From: an uncultured virus (IMG/VR IMGVR_UViG_3300028048_000070)
Lineage: Duplodnaviria; Heunggongvirae; Uroviricota; Caudoviricetes
Strand: one strand, 5' to 3'
DNA length: 64,000 bases
Virus record (IMG/VR): IMGVR_UViG_3300028048_000070
Span: 1-64,000 of that record
The notes under the pieces were generated by a model. That model made no database searches, was not told the origin of the DNA, and saw nothing but the letters and a program-made list of their open reading frames with translations. The position numbers were made by a program, and so were the translations under genes. This document shows positions 53,201 to 61,200 of the stretch, piece by piece (the first letter of the stretch is position 1; the number at the start of each line of letters is the position of its first letter).

Positions 53201-55994
53201 CTCTTATTTTATCAATACTAGCTTTTCCTTTAGCAGCTCCAGTATTAATAGCTTTAACTGCTGCTTCAATTTCTGATTCAGAAGCATCAGCAAATACTAA
53301 TTCTTTAATTTTATCAACTATTTTTTTATTTTTATAAGGTTCTCCACCTTCTCTATAACTTCCCCAATAGTCATCTTTATTTCCACCCTGAGCAACCCAT
53401 CTGCGATAATTCATAGCTTCTTGAGCTCTTTGAGATGACTTATTAGTTCTTCCTCTATAAAAAGGATTCTTCTCAGAAGGAATAATCATTTCTCCTTCTG
53501 ATACAGACACCATACCAGATTTAGTAACAAAACCACCTCTAGCACCACTAGGTTTAGAACCTCTATCAGAGAAGAATTCTACTACTCGACCAGCAGATTG
53601 TCTAGCGTGACCCCATACAGATCTACCCATTCCTCTAACTTGATCTTTCATAGAACCAAAATATTCTCTACCAAAATCAGATTCTTTAAAATTTCTCCAC
53701 TTTTCTCCAAGCCAGTTCTTTGCTTTATCTTTAAGCTCATCTATAGCTTTAGCAATATTTCCAGGAAGATCTTTAATAGCACCAAGTAAACCACCATTAG
53801 CAATCATCTGGTTAATATTATTATTACCAAAGAACATTTTAGAGAGTGCATCATTAAATTTATCTATTCCTCTAGTAAATATAGATGATCGTTCATCCTC
53901 TTTAGCTCTTTGTTCAGTTTTATTAAAAGAAGATTTTTTGAAAGTACCTTCTCTAGAATCATACTCATCGGTTATACGAGTAGTACTTGATCCCTCTCTT
54001 CTATTTCTAATTTGATCTTGTCTTTCTTCTTGTTCCTGTATTCTTCTAAGTTCTTCACTTATTGGAACATCATATCTATTATTTCTTCTTCTAAATGTTC
54101 TTCCTCTGCCTCTACTAAAATTCTGAGTACTTAAAGCATCCTCTAAGTATTTAAAAGAACTATAAAAACTCTGTAAATAGAAATAGATATCATGTCCTTT
54201 ATTATCTTTAAGACCTAATATAGAATTGGTATAAGCTCCAGTTTTATTCATATTATAGCTAGCTTTAGCAAGACCAGAACCATTAGAGATCATACCAAAA
54301 GTTCCTTGACCTGCACTAGCCATAAATTTATTATTACCAACTCTACTATTATAAACAGCACTACTAAAAGATCCAGCATGTTTATTAAAAGATTTCTTTA
54401 ATTGTTCAGCAGATCTTTTACTAATAATACCTTTTTGTGCAAGATCATTTAATACTGTACCAGCATCAGCAAAGGAGTCAATATTATTAAGAGTAAAATA
54501 CTCCATTACTCTATCAAAATCTCTAGAAAGATCTAATGTTCCTTTAGATCTATATGTCATCATAGACTCACCAGTAGAAAGTTTAGCATTATATTCATCG
54601 ATGAAATCTCTGGTAATAGTATCTTTTAATCTATAATTCTCTGAAGCAATAGCTTTTCTTCTTTCTTCTTTGAACTGTTTAGTTGCTTGATTAACAGTTT
54701 CCCACTTACCAGTTTTATAATTAAAGACTTTAGGAGTTCCTCCTAATTGAGAAATAATCATAGCTAACTGAGTAGGAATAACTTCAGTTAAGGCTTTTTT
54801 ACTTTCTCCATCCCAATCGACAGGACCTCTATTATATTTGGAATGATCAATTTTCTTATTGGCTTTAGGAGTAATATCAAGCGCATCTAAAATAGCACTT
54901 AATATACCTCCACCTTTACCATAAATATCAGTTTTTCTATTCTTAGATATATTTCTAGCTCTAGTAGATATAGCAGCAGCTAATTGAGTAAATCCACCTC
55001 TAAGGATATCTTCTGTTCTATTAAGACTCTTACCAAATTTAGAAGATTGTAATCTATTAGTAAGACCAAATACTGCTAATTGAGCAATAGGAGAACTAAT
55101 AGCTCCAGATTCAAAGATCATATCCAGCATTTCAGGGGATAAGAGATCTGAAAATGCTCCAAGTGCAGTAGAATTCATGAATTTAGTTTTAGCATGACTA
55201 CCCCATTTTTTCAAATTAGGTAATCCATTACCAAATACATCTTCCCAAGCAGAAGTTTTATATCCAGTATTATTAAATCCTTTTTTCTTAGTCTCATATC
55301 TCTCTGTGAGAATTCTATTAATATTCTCTAAATATTTAGTCTGCATAGCCATTTCTGTAGTAGCAGCCTGATAGAAATTCCCAGAGTTGATAATATGAGT
55401 ATTAATAGGCTTAGCTAAATCCTGATGAAGATTAAGAATACTAGTATTAATAACTGCTAAAGAGTTATTAACCATACCAAACATTCTGTTAGTAGTCTTA
55501 ATACTAAGCTTAGTATTAGCTTTACTAGCTCTTACTATCTCATCAGTAGAAGCAGCAGTAAGTTTCTGCTGTGTCATAGAAAGAGAATTAATAGCTTTGG
55601 TTTCTCCAGATGAAGACTCTGAAGAGTCTTCACCAAAATCTTCATCGATATCAAAGTCTAAATCATCAAAAGAGAAACCCTCTTTTTTCATATACTCATT
55701 AAGAGCAGCTTTCTCTCTTTCAGGGTTATAAAACTTACCTGTACGAATATCATCTAAAATATTCTTTTTCTGTTTATCAAATTCCCTAGTAAGTCTTCCA
55801 TCTGTTTCATCTAACTTATTTCTAATATTTCTTTTAAAATCTTTAGCAAAGTCATACATTTCCTTTGCAGATGAAGCTGTTTCAGTAATATACGATGTTA
55901 AGGTAGGATTAACACCTTTAATCGATTCGACTGTAATATATCCAGCAGACCTAAGTACATTCTTAGCATAGGTCTTCGGATCAAATCTAGCCAT
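44235..55994 (-). CDS. giant tape-measure-like tail protein with C-terminal cell-wall hydrolase domains, 3919 aa
   Basis: helical/G-rich N-terminal ~2450 aa; C39-like (GCGP..HYVV..DP), phage tail lysozyme (AGLMGNLYGES, GYGLVQWT), NlpC/P60 (DCSS, PGDLL, GHV), two CHAP (PWCASFVSW, SHxG, TIEGNT). Confidence 0.85.
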   Translation of the reverse strand: MARFDPKTYAKNVLRSAGYITVESIKGVNPTLTSYITETASSAKEMYDFAKDFKRNIRNKLDETDGRLTREFDKQKKNILDDIRTGKFYNPEREKAALNEYMKKEGFSFDDLDFDIDEDFGEDSSESSSGETKAINSLSMTQQKLTAASTDEIVRASKANTKLSIKTTNRMFGMVNNSLAVINTSILNLHQDLAKPINTHIINSGNFYQAATTEMAMQTKYLENINRILTERYETKKKGFNNTGYKTSAWEDVFGNGLPNLKKWGSHAKTKFMNSTALGAFSDLLSPEMLDMIFESGAISSPIAQLAVFGLTNRLQSSKFGKSLNRTEDILRGGFTQLAAAISTRARNISKNRKTDIYGKGGGILSAILDALDITPKANKKIDHSKYNRGPVDWDGESKKALTEVIPTQLAMIISQLGGTPKVFNYKTGKWETVNQATKQFKEERRKAIASENYRLKDTITRDFIDEYNAKLSTGESMMTYRSKGTLDLSRDFDRVMEYFTLNNIDSFADAGTVLNDLAQKGIISKRSAEQLKKSFNKHAGSFSSAVYNSRVGNNKFMASAGQGTFGMISNGSGLAKASYNMNKTGAYTNSILGLKDNKGHDIYFYLQSFYSSFKYLEDALSTQNFSRGRGRTFRRRNNRYDVPISEELRRIQEQEERQDQIRNRREGSSTTRITDEYDSREGTFKKSSFNKTEQRAKEDERSSIFTRGIDKFNDALSKMFFGNNNINQMIANGGLLGAIKDLPGNIAKAIDELKDKAKNWLGEKWRNFKESDFGREYFGSMKDQVRGMGRSVWGHARQSAGRVVEFFSDRGSKPSGARGGFVTKSGMVSVSEGEMIIPSEKNPFYRGRTNKSSQRAQEAMNYRRWVAQGGNKDDYWGSYREGGEPYKNKKIVDKIKELVFADASESEIEAAVKAINTGAAKGKASIDKIRATVNQIKESVEYKAKLKKQKQQELYDNAKNSKIGKKVINAGRQIDESLENAFGQKYKDSKDVAKSAMEVIKKSLPQTMSSGTIGAIIAGAMTGSGLGLLGGFAIGAGVHVLKNSDDISKKLFGDEEGKGGMLPPKVSNFIKKRLPKLTKSGAIGSVLGAMGIAPGGLLGGFVLGAGIDMLAHQEKVQEFISSALFGNEGVDGKRRGGIIGSLKVRVVDPLADYVKTGIGKVKDFFKNTIFTNVKKLFDPLTDWVKGKGTKMLDEVTGGIKSIIHRIGRNIGEIFNKTIGRLLSAIGFTGDKALTFGGKLAALPFKGIGGLGDALNRHNIKMGYSSASAAERVAAMGDKATDYDKTLAAYETSGNIKGAKDFVQRVHFYANSEKNARKALASQREDLADTMVATLDNGGAADPKIVNALRSAMRRATTTTKVGIGFNKKSIQHTDYSRVIADIKAGKYKGITNKRAEEAIKLLTAKQAEFNERYNQLDNWGAAQEAEFSKDEYKGYDLRGLSGKLSDKKLLKLRRQTNADLRKISENDREKWIQDENKTLADRIEQDKNEHPLDDKRNTILENILTPVKAIAQHLGVNLPEKNSFDKAKENTKIPSEESKSSENSGPKEGDTRQNPTTGENEEFRGGKWVPDLSNKETKDKKNEEKEEKNLRTRFYNFFLGGGLLTSLKGIFGINKEEKKETIFDKLKKLLGGAASAIGGFLSPITSAISGLLGNLAGGGLSGALSGIGGAITKGLGEFITGGGLATALSAVGLGWLFNKAHDKLEGTDKDSRVRKGIDLSTLKSSKDMNPLERAYYGSKDVENVIRNRNMLAYDKDDFVSDYAVDRGIKTTGFNLVSGMAFGGKIGSIGAKVVGGTVGNIPIVGKALAAPMKYASKLGSNLPKVSEFVKKGATKLTTGEGGSVFGSFSEKYLGKRATNFLTDVADNGLISTIADRLKSIFNWVFNKLGIKQAGAAADEAAETAGQAIAQNGGASLGKLLSTIGTVVYIGRIILALEDGFEKPRAKVILGITIDPTIPQRLLAAALNAINYAIPGIGGLIPTEVLFNVLYWVFNKFGVDLGGLDKARAEAKITLEEYRKATNNPGATLEEYVHNELGEYTTQEKVKKAIGGTIGKVKDFGVGVAKGAKNLGSKAVTTVKSAGSKAIKGIKNFGTGVANGAKNLIAAAGNKLAKGKDYLKEAITAVTGLAGDMEKVFINRSSKMSDVINVKPKIKEDNPLYGITNAISNNAKVAIVPGLFIKYTGIKIGNSIKDLANKVKTAIEPYIEIAGTIAQDIGDTVSQNIDSFKSGDIVGLWTNKSTVSEDNPFGVVSTAANVATSAALTMPTVYSFIGHKIVGGIKSVAEFVVKEANNIGAIGKATREYMIAGDLKGLISSDNSDAGSETGVISTIANYGYKFSYLIPTAINALGNKISEIFTKAKSSIPDIKNVVSKLWEYSDNSKDFSTYKSTVESFLVKDNSDIYSGINNSIVSLTGGIMEMALKVVRAIRFIGDKVGDAIEWGKDKVDWVGNKVSSGWNTATTIVDDAATTVKNFVTGTGSGIHVTQRGSNRKFGSSNVDENGCGPATAATVLRAYGRGGNLDDAVSWAEAGGYVAGSSGVGTRASYFSDILGANGIRTSYTNSKNSIRGAVGSGNPTILLGQDRSNKSKVNSPFGPNPHYVVARGSDSRGNILIDDPELGAPTVYNKKILNNAKLGILTGGGSNPVKESDGAVWNYLKSAGLTDAGTAGLMGNLYGESGITFNKLEKLCANRLRETGKGNYTDESYTAAIDNGTLDKTHFLHPRYPDKNSSGKDYQYGYGLVQWTSPSRKEGLYDLVKSKGVSIADPNTQLEYLVYELKNKYPGVYKTLTTTNNLQEASDLVLKDFESPSEWQKQTGTRKSYGETYLNKFSANPPANTSFGTTTAGVSTSSSSTASGPVLEFPKYNLSEQQLKGAANIIQNEQGGIQGRYAEASLMANQVDMKDDSRANAENLIKHLKGGWFAKGATRYEEGFNGSAKIEPSALAAATDVFNNGKRTLPRYVDEHDCFADLAIINGKSTGLTKGMGFQARAKNTPSWAKDRSMYTLGMPIKNVYGSDWKFSLFPDDKSDPFGYISDEMRQKHGEAHYEIDASGNVTAPSGYSSNSSSNAQGSAAAASSGAPGGTNLSSILSSAFSKVFQAVGKGLSGTAASIFKLITGGFSLGANAGTESNGDASVTTADTSSNSGGVATSSGNTTQENAIVQKMNSILGTSHYSMSGARDPSKGSSDCSSTVQWVLKNSIGVNPGGSTPEILDSSNGIIVDKYTSGDPLQQTSSGPNLDRLRPGDLLLYSRPTSGFSSGRKYRVGHVEMYMGQGKRAGHGSGVGPIVTDANSDAKRYILSKRYTTEQPSTSSSTTTATGTGSGLPLYKYIGGKSAAGASSEYDYDDRDDGHAKPYPTGYGTPHSMIEIARSQLGVLEGGLGEKDKSGNWIPHSGNITDYGKFMGMDKQPWCASFVSWVMDKTFNGDKTARNKALKGNISAAVSGLWDNFKSAGAMTNEPQPGDVVIFKNGSSHTGIVETVNGKQISTIEGNTGSSNEFNRNGGVVARHQWTLGDGSSMDKKLTGFGRPDWSGATASGSGLPLYKFVGGASGSAGDFHRMQHLEPGKALPTPPGKGTAASYIDIARSQLGVEEGGVCNDPNDSSYGKPNSGNITDYGKFTGYDKEPWCASFVSWLMDKNYNGNAKARDIALRGPVQVGVTAFKNQFKKAGAFYEKDALPGDFVIFTNNKASHIGLVEKVDPDGTIHTIEGNTGSGNEYNRNGGMVARHHFKIGDGSTLANKLTGFGRPDYEGGYYELYGKAAESWEADNEAIRSMMNKTAAGSGLWTPIGGATKSSKNKNTKKYKVDPLIAADIARQTNNSSDYSLTSSRAVNHSIDYSAPNDVATSLNSILEYLKIIAENSKYESALPTIVDLVSKLAGITATVNSNSTSIENQDKVSNINSDISAIIQKLDAISSSL

Positions 55995-56061
55995 ATTACT
56001 ATCCTTTCAGTAAATAATCTATTATGTTGTAGTTGAATTTGACTATACTATAGAAAAAAAA

Positions 56062-56092
56062 ATAAAGGAAGAGGAATTTCCTCTTCCTTTAT
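56062..56092 (-). terminator. intrinsic terminator
   Basis: ATAAAGGAAGAGG/CCTCTTCCTTTAT stem with T-tract on minus strand. Confidence 0.75.
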
Positions 56093-56095
56093 ATA

Positions 56096-56377
56096 TTATT
56101 TATTTTTAGTCTCATCTGCTAACTCATAAGCATTTAACTTTAAATAATCAGAAATATTTTCATACATACTATCCATGGAATCCTGATCAATTCCTCTAAA
56201 TTTTATTCTAGCAGGAAATACTCTAATTACTTCATGAGTTACATTATGAGTATGACAAATAATAGCCCACCCAAATACATGCAAAATCATATTAATAAAT
56301 GTAAGTAATCCTGAGTCTCTAAATTCATCCCAAGATTTATCATTTATCATTTCTTTATTTAATTCATTACCTCTCAT
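56096..56377 (-). CDS. hypothetical protein
   Basis: 93-aa ORF. Confidence 0.75.
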   Translation of the reverse strand: MRGNELNKEMINDKSWDEFRDSGLLTFINMILHVFGWAIICHTHNVTHEVIRVFPARIKFRGIDQDSMDSMYENISDYLKLNAYELADETKNK

Positions 56378-56380
56378 ATA

Positions 56381-57025
56381 TTAATCCTCTTCTTTATCAT
56401 CCTCATCGTCTTTTTCAATTTCTTCATATTCTCTTTTAATATTTTTATTATTAAAATTATAACATGAGAGATCATTTAGATCTACATTTTCTATAGTTAA
56501 ATTTTCATAAGGCCAAGCCCAGAAGCATCCATTTACAATAAGTTTATTTTCTGTATCAGAAATCTGATCGAATATAATCTTTACAGGGCAGAATCCTTCT
56601 TTAATAATCTTATCATCATTGTTCTTAAATTCTATTCCATAAAAATAAGATTTAATTTCTTTTCTAGTAAGATTAATTATAGTAAGATACATATAGTTAG
56701 AAGAAGTAAGAATAAATTCTTCTCCTTTTTGTACTGCATATACAAGTAAATTATATCCTAGAGTATGATAATTTCTACCAAAATTCATATAAGGTTCATA
56801 TTCATTAGTAGATTCATTATATTTAAGAATATCATAAGAACAGATATTCCAATAATGAGCTTCTGGATCTTCATATCTATAGTTATTTTCTATTATCTTC
56901 CATTTATTTTCTGGAAAATAACTATCATCAAAATCCGTTCCAGGTATTAATTCATTTGATGAAACTTTTACATATCCTTTTTCAATATAATCATTAATAT
57001 TTATTAGCCCTAAGTCCTTTGTCAT
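56381..57025 (-). CDS. hypothetical protein
   Basis: 214-aa ORF. Confidence 0.75.
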   Translation of the reverse strand: MTKDLGLININDYIEKGYVKVSSNELIPGTDFDDSYFPENKWKIIENNYRYEDPEAHYWNICSYDILKYNESTNEYEPYMNFGRNYHTLGYNLLVYAVQKGEEFILTSSNYMYLTIINLTRKEIKSYFYGIEFKNNDDKIIKEGFCPVKIIFDQISDTENKLIVNGCFWAWPYENLTIENVDLNDLSCYNFNNKNIKREYEEIEKDDEDDKEED

Positions 57026-57546
57026 AAGTAGTTCCTATAACCTTTCCTTTTTCATCAGCAATAATCCAACCAGGAGTTTTATTAATAGCTTTAACTCCGC
57101 CATGTTCAGGAATCATTACAGTAGAATTATTAGCAGGAACTCTAGCTTCTCTAGATGCAATACTCTTCCAAGCAAGCTGAACATCAGAATCAATTCTTCC
57201 ACCAAGAGGAAGTTTTCTTCCAGTCTGCAGATAAGAATACACAAATTCTTTAGAAAGGTTTACCATAGCTTGAGCATCATTTTTAGTAAACTCATACTTA
57301 TCAGCTAATTCTGTAGCTTCTTTAATAGGAAGCTTAGTAATATTAGATACAGCACTAGCTACAACTTTTCTTAATTCTTTAGAAGGATAATGAGTATCTA
57401 CTCCATTTAATGTACCATAAATATTAGTAGAATATTCGGTATCATTCATAAGAGCTTTCATAACTGTAATTTCATCTTTTTTAGATGCTGATTTCTGTTT
57501 AACATTTTTAGTTACAGTATCAATTACTTCTCTTACTTTCTCCATT
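56994..57546 (-). CDS. hypothetical protein
   Basis: likely start MEKVRE near 57545 with AAGGAG SD. Confidence 0.7.
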
Positions 57547-57693
57547 ATTATTTTCTCCTTCTTTATCAGTCTCATTATCATCAATGAATGTTATAGCATT
57601 CACCATTTTCTTTTTTCCACGTAAAGAAATAAACTCATTTAATTCTTCTGGCGTAGTATGACATAAAATTTTATAAAAATTTTCTTTATTCAT
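57520..57693 (-). CDS. small hypothetical protein, 57 aa (not in ORF track)
   Basis: MNKENFYKILCHTTPEELNEFISLRGKKK...; GAGGAG SD. Confidence 0.65.
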   Translation of the reverse strand: MNKENFYKILCHTTPEELNEFISLRGKKKMVNAITFIDDNETDKEGENNNGESKRSN

Positions 57694-57744
57694 TACTAAT
57701 TCTCCTCAGACCATACTAATCAATAGTTTGAGAAACATTAAAAT

Positions 57745-58134
57745 TTAATTTTCTTCAGTATTGACAGTATATGTAGAAGAAGATTTATAATTATCTTTCA
57801 AAAGAGATCCATTCTTTAAAGCTTCATCTACTTCAGAAGGTTTAATATCCATTAATTTAAGAGGATCAATAGATTCATCTCTATAAGCAATTTTTCTATA
57901 TTTACATTCAATGCTACAGAAAAGGCACATAGCTCCAGCTGTTAAAGTAAAACATCTATTACTTAATGCAGACATAGTCTTATCATATTTCTTATCAATA
58001 TTTTCAATTTCTTCTTTATATTTAAGATTCTCTGCTACAATAGCTGATATATGATTGATTGTAGCTTTCTGCAATTTAGGATCTAATTTAGCAAAATTAT
58101 TACTAAGATTTCTTAAAGCCATTTCATTTGTCAT
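57745..58134 (-). CDS. hypothetical protein
   Basis: AAGGAG SD; early-type promoter 58175-58184; C-rich motif CLFCSIEC. Confidence 0.75.
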   Translation of the reverse strand: MTNEMALRNLSNNFAKLDPKLQKATINHISAIVAENLKYKEEIENIDKKYDKTMSALSNRCFTLTAGAMCLFCSIECKYRKIAYRDESIDPLKLMDIKPSEVDEALKNGSLLKDNYKSSSTYTVNTEEN

Positions 58135-58167
58135 TTTTATTTTCTCCTTTTATATTTAATTTAATAC

Positions 58168-58184
58168 TTCATTATTATAATATA
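58168..58184 (-). promoter_or_regulatory. early-type phage promoter TATATTATAATAATGAA (representative)
   Basis: same motif upstream of several non-structural genes. Confidence 0.7.
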
Positions 58185-58225
58185 TGCTCAAAAATAATTT
58201 TTTATCAGTTAATAGTGGTAGGGTG

Positions 58226-58239
58226 AACTTTTCTATAAT
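58226..58239 (+). promoter_or_regulatory. late-type phage promoter AACT-N6-TAAT (representative of 12 copies)
   Basis: AACT TTTCTA TAAT upstream of rpoB; see findings for other copies. Confidence 0.75.
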
Positions 58240-58264
58240 CTATATATAGGAGGAAGCAAAATTA

Positions 58265-61200
58265 ATGGTATCATTAGATGATCTTAAAGAATTGGTATTA
58301 TATAAGAAACCATTCTTTTTGCCTATAGATCCTAAAAATAAGAAACAGGGATCTGCCATTATGCTTTTGACCCCAAATTATAAATCTTCTATGTTTGCCA
58401 TGACTGCTCCTTATGCTGTTAATAGAAGATATTTTGAATCTTATTATTTTGAAAGATCTATTACTAGATATATTAAGAATGAATCTGTATATGAAACTGA
58501 TGATCCTGGAGAGTATTTATTTGAAGAAGCTCTTTCCAGTAAAGATAGAAAAGCATTACCTGATTCAGATTTTGGATTACCTTCTCAAAGAAGATATCCT
58601 ATGCCTGATAAAGCACATGTATTATCTGCTATTAGATTCTTTAATCATGTTGAAGAAGAATATGAAGCTGAATTAGCTAAAAATATTATTAAAAAGATTA
58701 AAGCTTTTAATATGGCTGATGAAGTACATGTTGGAAAAAATAATAGATTTCTTCCTTATTGGGAGAAATCTGGATTAGCTAAAAATTTAAAAGAATCTGT
58801 AGTTGAAGAAGAAATCTATGAAACTTCAGATGATGATTATCTTAATGAAATTGTAGTAACAAAAGGTATTGATATTTTAAATAAGAAATTATCTTCTGCA
58901 TCTAATATTGTATTTTCTGGGTATAGAAGAGATATAAATGCTGTATCTAAATATATTACTAAAGAATATGGTATTTCTCCTTTTGAAGTATTGGATATAG
59001 ATCCTCCTAAGAAGATTGTAGTTATAGTAATTAGTGATCCTAATGCTGAAGAAGAAATTACTTATGATACTTTAACTCTTTATACTCCTAACGCTTTTAA
59101 AAAGAAGGGATATGATTTTGATTATAAGATTTATACTCAATTTATATTCCAGCTTTATGCCATATACAGAATTAAAGTAGTTGTAGGAACTAGAGTATTA
59201 GATGTATTTGCTGAGCCTCTTGCTATTCTCTTATCAGGTGCTGCTGATGGAAAATTAGATAATCCTAAATATGAAGATAAATTCTATTCAGAAAAGGTAT
59301 TTGCCTATATTATAGAAGAATATGGAATGGCAGAAGTTAAGAAAATTCTCATTGGAAATTCTTTAGGATTATTCTATAAATATGCTAAAGAATATTCTGC
59401 TAAATATAGAAAAAATGCTAGAAAAGCTCTTGGAGAATCTGATTTTGGAATCGAACAAGATTGCTATGATTATATAGAAGAGGCTAATAAACTTGCTTCT
59501 CTTTCTGAAGAAGAATTAGCTATTCCTGAATCTATTAAAAAGATTCAAAATATGGCTTCTAATCTTAAAAGAAGAATTAGAAGACAATCTGTATATAAAT
59601 TAAATAAAATTAAAAGAGATCTTGTTAGAGGTAATCTTGGCACAGAAGAAAGAGGTACTGGATTATCTACTATTCAACAACTTCAGACTGGCGATATTAC
59701 TGGTGAGTCTAAACCTGAAAATATAGAAGAAGGTACTTTTGAGAAATTTAAAGCTTGGTCTAAAGGAGATTATATTCTTGAAGGAAATTTAATGTATCTC
59801 TTTGAAGATAATATTAATTATGATATGCTTCTTAGACGAGCATTATATAAAGATAGACTTAGAAATGTCAAACAAGCTATGGCTATCTATAAGAATGTAA
59901 AAGCCACAATGCCTTTTATTAAATATACCTATCCTGATATTTATAGATATAATAAGAAAAATTTATTCTATGATCTTTCTTATTATAATGAAACCTTCTT
60001 TAAAAACTTTGATGAAGTAAATATTGATGATAAGACTAATTCATTAAGAAAATTTAAGATCTATGCAGAATTAATGAATAGATTAATCTCTTCTAATGAA
60101 TTAACTGCTTATACTAAGAAAACTATTTTTATTCCTATTCTCGATTGGAGACATAATAGTTCAACTAAGATGTGGATGTATAAAGAAGATGTCAATCCTA
60201 TTTCTGTAATTTATTATTATATGAAATTTGATCAGATGTCTCTTAAGAGATTATTTGCTAATTATAATGTCGTATTTTTAGGAGCTAAAAACTATTTTAA
60301 AGTAAACTTTAGTTCTACTGATTTTAGTAAGCCTAAAAATATAACTAAATTTATGATACTTATTAAAAGAATTATTACTCTTGGTTATAATTCTCCTGCA
60401 GATCCTGATCCAGAAGGTGAATTTGAAGATTCTCCAACTGGTATTGCTATGGATATTGTTGATAAAATTGAAAGATCACAAAATGTATCTATAGATAATG
60501 TATCTAAACTTGCAGGATTAAATAAGTCTATTGAATTATTTGATGATAAACCTAATAATATTAGTTCATCTTTAGATCCTGATAGTAATCTTAAGCAAGC
60601 TATTAAAAAAGAAATAGTGAAAGATGAAAAAGATACTGATCTTACTAAAATATCTATAACAGGTAAGACTGAAGTTAAAGATAGAACTAAATCTACTAGA
60701 GGAAGAAAAGCATCTGTTCCTGTAGAAGTTGAAAAAGTTACTGTAACACAGACTCAAGCAACTAGTGATACTAAATCATCTTCTGAAGATAAAGCTGTTA
60801 ATACTACATCTGAAGATGAAAAGAAAGATGCTATTCTTGATAAGATTGCTAATGTAGCAAATAATGCTAAATCAGTTGATGATGCTCTTGATAAATTAAA
60901 TGATGAAGAATTTAAAGCTCTTATTGTATCTTTACAGACTGACTCTGAAGAAAATGTAAGAGTAGATAAGGCTAGAGCATCTAAAATTATTCAAATTGAA
61001 GATGAATTTCATAAAAAAGAAGTAGCAGGAAAATCAGTCAAAGAGATGCTTGCACATGATCCTGCTGAGACTAAATTACAATCTACTAGTCTTAAAGTGG
61101 CATCTATTAATACTGACTGGAATAATATGACTTTTATGAACTTTGATAAAACTTATGATCCAGATGCTGATATTATTAAGATGCTTGATTCAATGCAGCA

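Noticed and set aside
45468..53789. Short ORFs within the giant tail gene on either strand
   Set aside because: Nested alternative-frame or antisense ORFs without SD or recognisable motifs.
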